From NCBI GenBank assembly GCA_965219995.1, contig CBDCOX010000002.1, forward strand, positions 4,256,001-4,320,000: DNA of 64,000 nt. Reading direction: 5' to 3'. Under the pieces are notes generated by a model. It was not told the DNA's origin. It saw only the letters and a program-made list of their open reading frames with translations, and searched no databases. How positions within the stretch are numbered: position 1 is the first letter of the stretch; every line of letters starts with the position of its first letter. A program made the translations under genes and the position numbers. Positions 58,245-64,000 of this stretch are shown here, piece after piece. Source of the DNA: Candidatus Latescibacterota bacterium. GTDB taxonomy: Bacteria > Latescibacterota > UBA2968 > GCA-2709665.

Positions 58245-61200
58245 TCAGAAGTTCCTGAAGAGCAAGAGACCGACGCGCGCGCCGTTCCCGCCCATTCCGA
58301 AGCCCTGCCGGGGCAGGCCGTATTCGCAGCGCAGTTCCAACCGCAGGTCCCGGCTCATGATACCGGCGGACCCGTTGGCGGAACCCGGCCCATTGAGGCG
58401 CAACCCGCCGCCGAGGCGTTGTATGCCCGCGTCGGCCACGTCCATCTCGACAAAGGGCGCCAGCCGGCCCCGTCCTCCCAGGGTCTCAAGCCCATAGCCC
58501 ATGCCCGCACGCGCGCGGTTGGGACGCCAGTCCGAGGCCTCGGGTCCGTCCGTCCCGTGTCGGTAGGCCGTCATCCGGTCGCCATTCCACAGTCCATCGA
58601 CACCGCCGGCGGCGTGCTGTCCCCACGCCGGCTCAATGAACAGTGTCAATCCCCTGTTGTCGGCGCCTGGGTCCAGACGCAGTGCGAGGCTCAGGCCGCC
58701 TTCCCTGAAGTCCCGGTCCTGGTGCGCCGCAAGCCAGTGCGAGCGGATCTCCACGTCGAGGCCGATGGGTCGATTTGCGAGCGAGAGCGCCCCGGCCAGT
58801 TCGGTGCCGAGGCCGGTCTCGACGTCGCCGCCGTCAAACCGTGCGCCCAGGGCCAGTCTCAGATCCATCCGCGTGTCGGTCGTCACGGACCAGGCCGTGC
58901 TGCCGTTGACCATCATGCGGACGCGTCGGGCGTCGCCGGTGGCGGCTCTCAGTCCGGCCACGGCTTCGGAGCCGGTGTTCACGGCGAAGGCGTCGGCCGT
59001 CAATGCCAGGTCGACCCGACCCACCCGCGTGAGGTCCATCCTCCCTCCGAGCGCGGCGGAGCGGCTGTCGATGTCGGTTTCAACCGTACTGCTGCCGGTG
59101 CCTGCCAGGGGGCCGCCGTAGCCGCTGTACAGTTCGGCGTCGCCCGTGCCGAAGCCCAGCATACCCCACAGGCCCAGTTTTTCGGAGGGGGACCAGTGAA
59201 CGTACGGATGGAGGCTGGCCAGCCGCGTCTTCCACCGGCCGATACTCTCGCCGGCATTGTCCAGGTCCTGGACGCCACTGCTGTACGACGCGGCCAGGCC
59301 CGCCACGAGCTTCGAACTCCAGTGGTAGTCCGCCCCGACGTACGCCGCCGTGACGCTGCCGTCCATGCGATTGTCCGATATTGGATCACCGGAATATCTG
59401 CTGCCGGCGCCGCGTCCCCAGAGCGTCCATCCGTTTTCCGCGGCCCCGGCCCGGTCCATAGCCATCTGGAAGGAACTGCGGGTGAGTATGCCGCGCCCGG
59501 AGGGCGCCCTCAGCGCGGGTCGAACAACGTTCGGATCGGACATTGACCCGGGCAGACCGATCAGCGCCGTTTTTTCGAAGGGGCTCCCGGAAGCGGGAGC
59601 GTCCAGAGGGACGCCGAACATACGTGCGGTGACGTGCACCCAATCCATCGTATCGAATGCCTGCCCGCGGACCAGCCTGCCACCGTTCAGCGTGGCTTGC
59701 TGCACCCGGGACGTGGCTTCGAAGCGACCGGCGACCGCATCCACGGCCTGGCTCAACACAGTGCGGCCGAACGCCGCCAGGGACAGCTCGAGGACGCGTG
59801 CGCGGTTGGTCTGGAGGTTCTCCACGGTGACGGCGAAGGAGAGCTTCGCGCTCAGGCCGTACGGGTCGCGGGCCGTCACCGTCACGCGGGCCGTCGCCAC
59901 GGCCACGGGCGTGAGCGCGATCACCCTGTCCACGAGGCTGACGTTCACGATGCCGTTGTCCGACGACGCCTCGTATTCCAGCGGGTCGCCGTCCGGATCG
60001 GCGAACAGTCCCGTCAGGTCAACGCTTCCGTTCGTGCCCATCGTAAGCACCTGGTCCGGGATGGTTCCCGTCACCGAGGGGCCGAGGTTTGTCCCCTTTA
60101 TCGCGATTGTCACGGTCGCCTCATCGCTGCTGGCGCCCCTGCTGTCCAATACCCGATAGGTGAAGCGGTCCTGGGCCGTCCTGCTTCCGTCGTGGTTGTA
60201 GACGAAGGTCCCGTCCTCATACAGCGTCAGGGCGCCATGGGCGGGCGCCTCGACCAGTATCGCGGTCAGTTGGCTCCTGTCGTCTTCGGCGTCGACGTCG
60301 TTGGCCAATACGCTGATACGCCCGTCATCACTCGCGCTCACGGCGGCGCCGGTCGCCAGCGGCGCAATCTTCGCGCCCGCGTCCGGTTCCGGAATATCGA
60401 AGTCCTCGGGCGGCGCGAAAGATGGATTTCGTGCGTCATGCCGGGCATCGCCGGTCCACAACGACGTTGTCCTGCGGCCCCGGAAGACGGTTACCGCGTC
60501 GTCCACCGCCACCGGCGGGGTGTTGATCCGCGTTCGCCCGCTGCCCGAGGGCGACCAGGCGCCCGCGCCCTCCGCGTTCTTCGCACGCACCTGCACCTCG
60601 TAGGTAGCTTCGGACTCCAATTCTGCGATCTCAGCGACGGTCTTCGTGCCCGTGAACGCGTGGGCCGTCCATCCCGATGCGCCCTGCGTACGGTACCGGA
60701 CGTCGTAGTCGTTCACCGCCGGGCCCGTGTTGGCGGGGACCCGCCAGACCGCCTGCACGCTCGTCAATGACGCGCCGGTCACCCTGGGCGCCGCCGGGGC
60801 TGCCGGGGGCTCCGCAACGTCGGTGACGCTGATGGCGACGTCGATGACGTCGCTACCCTCTCTTCCGTCGTTGACGGTCACCGTCACCGCGTAGGAGAGG
60901 GGTCCCGCCTCGTAGTCCAGCGAAGTCCCTTCGGAAACCATGATCTGTCCGGTGCCCGAATCGATGGCAAAGGCATCCGATCCCGACAGCGTATAACTCA
61001 GCACGTCTCCGTTCGGATCCGTTGCCTCGACCGGATCGCCGACCGCGCCGCCGGCGGGGGTATTCTCAGCCACTGCGCGAGTGGTCGTGAGGCCCGCCAC
61101 GTTGAAGCCGGGCGGTTCGTTGGGTCCGTCGTCGTCGATGATCGTGCCCGTTACGGGGTCGCCCGCCGTCACGCCGGCCGGCGCGTTGGATACCCGCAGC

Positions 61201-64000
61201 CCGACGGTGAAGGTCTCGTTCTCTTCAATATCGTCGTCCTCCGTCGTCGCCACGGTGAACGTATGCGCTTCGCCCGCCGCGCCGCTGAACCTGAGTGGAG
61301 ATTCGTTGGGCGTGTAGTCGGTTCCCGACGTCGCGGTACCGTCGCTGAAAACAGGCGTCACCGTCACACCGCCCTGAACGGCCCGGTTCAGCGAGACCCT
61401 GAAGGTCAGCCCATGGCCTTCAGACGCTTTCCTCTTCCGGGTTGTCGCCGTCCCGCTGTCGTCGTCTGTAATGGTGCCCGTGGCGGTTCCCGTTGTCAGT
61501 CCGGACACCGACGTCCCGGAGATTGAAAGACCCGCCGTGACGGTCTCGTTGTGTTCCACAACTTCGTCCTGGGCCGTCGCCACCGAGAACGTGTGGGTCT
61601 CCCCCGCCGTCCCGGCAAAGCGTATGCCCGCGACATCCGCGGTGTAGTCCCTGCCGCGGGTGGCCGTGCCGCCGCGGATGACGGGCGTGACCGTCAGACC
61701 GCCGGGTACCGTGCGGTTCAGCCTCACCGCAAACGTCAGAACGCCTCCCTCCGGGGCGGCGGCGTCTGCCATCGTCACCGTCTCCCTGACCGTGGACGGG
61801 TCATGTGTCGTGCCGCGGCCGCTGTCCGACCACGCGCCGTCGCCTTCGGCGTTCCTGGCCATCACCTGTACCTCGTACGTGGTCGCAGCCTTCAGGCCGG
61901 CGATCGTGGTGCTGGCGCCTGTGCCATTGAAAGCATGGTCTCTCCAGGCCGTTGTGCCCGCTTCTCTGTACCGCACGTCGTAATCGACGATGGGCCCGCC
62001 GTTGTCGGCGGGCGCCGTCCAGCTCACGTCCAGCGAACCCGCGGGGTCTCCCGACGACCGGCCTACCGACGGCGCGTCCGGCGCGTCCGGCGGCGATACG
62101 TCGGTCACGTTGACCGTGAGGGACAGGACGTCCGTGTGCCCGTGTCCGTCGTCCACGGTGACCGTCAGCCCGTCGTAAACACTCTTGACTTCGAAGTCCA
62201 GCGAGTCCTTCGTGCTCAGTTGGCCGGTGGCCGAGTCCATGCTGAAGACGGAGGCGTCGGTCCCGCCGAGCGTGTATGAAAGCGGGTCGTCCTCGGCGTC
62301 CGTCGCCGAGACCGGCGTGCCGATGGCCGTGCCCGGGGGCGTGTTCTCGGCCACGGTGCGGATGGCCGCGTCCCCGTCGTCGAATACGGGCGGTGCATCG
62401 TTGTCCAGGATCGTTACCGTTGCGGTCCTACGGCCCACCACCACTTTCTGGGACGCCCCGCTGGCGACCGAGGGCTCGCCCAGATCAATCCCGAAGCTCT
62501 CCAGGTCCTCGTGCTCCTCGTCGTCGAGGATGATAATCTCGATGATCGCCTCCGTCTGTCCTGCCGCAAGGGTGACGGTGCCGGAGCTGGGTTCGTGCTC
62601 GTGTCCGGACTGCCGATCTGCGACGGATATTCTCGACGCGGGCCCCGAGCTCGATGTGGTCCACGGCACCTCGACCGTACCGCCCACGGACGACGAGAGC
62701 GTGACCGGCAGTTCCACGCTGGTACCTTCAGCCACGGGGCCTTCCGGATCATGGATCGAAACGTATACGGTCGTGCTGTCACCAATCGTTCCCGGCGCCC
62801 TGTCGTTCTCGATCACGGTGATGGTGAACGTCTCCGTCACGGCGTCGTTCGTGCCGTCGTCGGCGCTGATGGTCACGGTGTGGTCCTGCACAGCCGCGTC
62901 CTGCGCCACGGTGCCGCTGACCTGTCCCGAGGCGTACGACAGCCCGGACGGCAGGCCCGTGACGGTCACCGTGGGCGTATCGCCGTCGGCGTCCGTCACC
63001 GTAATGGCGAACGTCGTGATCGACTCTCCCTGTTCGTACGTCTTGTCTCCCGGATCCGCGATCACCGGCGCGAAGGCGACGTCGGTCACGGTGATGGCAA
63101 ACGTCTCCGTTACGTCACCGTGCGCTCCGTCGTTGGCCGTGATGGTCACGGTGTAGTCCTGCACAGCCGCGCTCCGCGCCACCGTCCCGCTGACCTCTCC
63201 CGAGGCGTACGACAGTCCCGCCGGCAGGCCCGTGACCGTGACCGTCGGCGTATCGCCGTCCGCGTCCGTCACCGTGATGTCGAACGCCGTGATGGCTTCG
63301 CCCTGATCATACGTTTTGTCCCCCGGATCTGCGATCACCGGCGCAAAACTCTCGTCGGCCACCGTGATGGTAAACGTCAACGTCACGGCATCGTTTGTCC
63401 CGTCGTCGGCCGTGACGGTCGCGGTGTAGTCCTGCAGTGCTGCATCCGCCGCAACGGCGCCGCTGACCTGCCCGGAGGCGTACGACAGCCCGGTCGGCAG
63501 GCCCGTGACGGCGACCGTCGGCGTATCGCCGTCGGCGTCCGTCACGGTAATGGCGAACGCCGTGATCGACTCCCCTTGCAGGTACGTCCTGTCTCCCGGA
63601 TCCGCGATCGCCGGCGGAAAGTTTACGTCGGTCACCGTGACGGTAAACGTCTCCGTCACGGCGTCGTTCGTCCCGTCGTCGGCGCTGATGGTCACGGTGT
63701 GATCCTGCACAGCCGCGTACTGCGCCACGGTGCCGCTGACCTCTCCCGAGGCGTACGACAGCCCGGTCGGCAGGCCCGTGACCGTGACCGTCGGCGTATC
63801 GCCGTCCGCGTCCGTCACCGTGATGGCGAACGCCGTGATGGCCGCCCCTTGCGCGTACGTCTTGTCCCCCGGATCCGCAATCACCGGCGCGAAACTGACG
63901 TCGGTAACCGTGATGGTGAACGTCTCCGTCACGTCCGCGTTCGTCCCATCGTCGGCATTGATGGTCACGGTGTGATCCTGCACAGCCGCGTCCTGCGCCA
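58245..64000 (-). CDS. Giant autotransporter-like adhesin (5' end beyond window): putative-Ig repeats, Calx-beta, cadherin-like, FN3, C-terminal beta-barrel
   Basis: ~88-aa APVIADPGDKTY.QG..ITAF.ITVTDADGDTPTVTVTGLP.GLSY repeats; TRAVAENT..PV.ATD; V.W.AP...G..I.DYDVRYR; barrel WTLWGRG..YVGADY..HPYV..WGMLGFG, terminal F; frame open to window edge. Confidence 0.9.
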   Translation of the reverse strand, partial: AQDAAVQDHTVTINADDGTNADVTETFTITVTDVSFAPVIADPGDKTYAQGAAITAFAITVTDADGDTPTVTVTGLPTGLSYASGEVSGTVAQYAAVQDHTVTISADDGTNDAVTETFTVTVTDVNFPPAIADPGDRTYLQGESITAFAITVTDADGDTPTVAVTGLPTGLSYASGQVSGAVAADAALQDYTATVTADDGTNDAVTLTFTITVADESFAPVIADPGDKTYDQGEAITAFDITVTDADGDTPTVTVTGLPAGLSYASGEVSGTVARSAAVQDYTVTITANDGAHGDVTETFAITVTDVAFAPVIADPGDKTYEQGESITTFAITVTDADGDTPTVTVTGLPSGLSYASGQVSGTVAQDAAVQDHTVTISADDGTNDAVTETFTITVIENDRAPGTIGDSTTVYVSIHDPEGPVAEGTSVELPVTLSSSVGGTVEVPWTTSSSGPASRISVADRQSGHEHEPSSGTVTLAAGQTEAIIEIIILDDEEHEDLESFGIDLGEPSVASGASQKVVVGRRTATVTILDNDAPPVFDDGDAAIRTVAENTPPGTAIGTPVSATDAEDDPLSYTLGGTDASVFSMDSATGQLSTKDSLDFEVKSVYDGLTVTVDDGHGHTDVLSLTVNVTDVSPPDAPDAPSVGRSSGDPAGSLDVSWTAPADNGGPIVDYDVRYREAGTTAWRDHAFNGTGASTTIAGLKAATTYEVQVMARNAEGDGAWSDSGRGTTHDPSTVRETVTMADAAAPEGGVLTFAVRLNRTVPGGLTVTPVIRGGTATRGRDYTADVAGIRFAGTAGETHTFSVATAQDEVVEHNETVTAGLSISGTSVSGLTTGTATGTITDDDSGTATTRKRKASEGHGLTFRVSLNRAVQGGVTVTPVFSDGTATSGTDYTPNESPLRFSGAAGEAHTFTVATTEDDDIEENETFTVGLRVSNAPAGVTAGDPVTGTIIDDDGPNEPPGFNVAGLTTTRAVAENTPAGGAVGDPVEATDPNGDVLSYTLSGSDAFAIDSGTGQIMVSEGTSLDYEAGPLSYAVTVTVNDGREGSDVIDVAISVTDVAEPPAAPAAPRVTGASLTSVQAVWRVPANTGPAVNDYDVRYRTQGASGWTAHAFTGTKTVAEIAELESEATYEVQVRAKNAEGAGAWSPSGSGRTRINTPPVAVDDAVTVFRGRRTTSLWTGDARHDARNPSFAPPEDFDIPEPDAGAKIAPLATGAAVSASDDGRISVLANDVDAEDDRSQLTAILVEAPAHGALTLYEDGTFVYNHDGSRTAQDRFTYRVLDSRGASSDEATVTIAIKGTNLGPSVTGTIPDQVLTMGTNGSVDLTGLFADPDGDPLEYEASSDNGIVNVSLVDRVIALTPVAVATARVTVTARDPYGLSAKLSFAVTVENLQTNRARVLELSLAAFGRTVLSQAVDAVAGRFEATSRVQQATLNGGRLVRGQAFDTMDWVHVTARMFGVPLDAPASGSPFEKTALIGLPGSMSDPNVVRPALRAPSGRGILTRSSFQMAMDRAGAAENGWTLWGRGAGSRYSGDPISDNRMDGSVTAAYVGADYHWSSKLVAGLAASYSSGVQDLDNAGESIGRWKTRLASLHPYVHWSPSEKLGLWGMLGFGTGDAELYSGYGGPLAGTGSSTVETDIDSRSAALGGRMDLTRVGRVDLALTADAFAVNTGSEAVAGLRAATGDARRVRMMVNGSTAWSVTTDTRMDLRLALGARFDGGDVETGLGTELAGALSLANRPIGLDVEIRSHWLAAHQDRDFREGGLSLALRLDPGADNRGLTLFIEPAWGQHAAGGVDGLWNGDRMTAYRHGTDGPEASDWRPNRARAGMGYGLETLGGRGRLAPFVEMDVADAGIQRLGGGLRLNGPGSANGSAGIMSRDLRLELRCEYGLPRQGFGMGGNGARVGLLLFRNF

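Noticed and set aside
1-64000. tRNA, rRNA or known riboswitch genes
   Set aside because: None recognised by eye; a covariance-model scan would be needed to exclude them

Overview
GC-rich bacterial window made almost entirely of accessory genes for exported proteins, mostly on the minus strand. The domain repertoire resembles host- or sponge-associated FCB-group lineages such as Latescibacterota/Gemmatimonadota-like symbionts (inference only). Ten intact genes carry a duplicated Ca-binding dockerin-like tag fused to WD40, LRR, YWTD, PD40, CARDB or Zn-metalloprotease cargo. Two small genes encode a cohesin-like domain plus a FlgD-like/T9SS-type C-terminal sorting domain (CTD), and sit next to dockerin-like genes; one of these operon-like blocks is followed by a PorT-like beta-barrel gene. 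The best candidate for a new system is therefore a non-cellulosomal cohesin-dockerin display platform whose parts are shuffled by duplication and microhomology deletion. Seven intergenic regions share a PhoB/OmpR-style motif (TTCAAC-like direct repeats with 11-bp period, 10 bp upstream of a -10 hexamer in six of seven), and the window encodes a one-polypeptide GAF-PAS-kinase-receiver-wHTH regulator that could read it. Also present: 8 copies of a composite REP-mosaic repeat, a 646-bp MITE with TIRs, TSD and a visible empty site, a decayed group II intron inside an IS630-like relic, an AAA-ATPase/PD-(D/E)XK gene, a PIN relic, ankyrin proteins, lipoproteins and a 5'-truncated giant autotransporter-like adhesin. 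All domain calls were made by eye from motifs; no database search was run.
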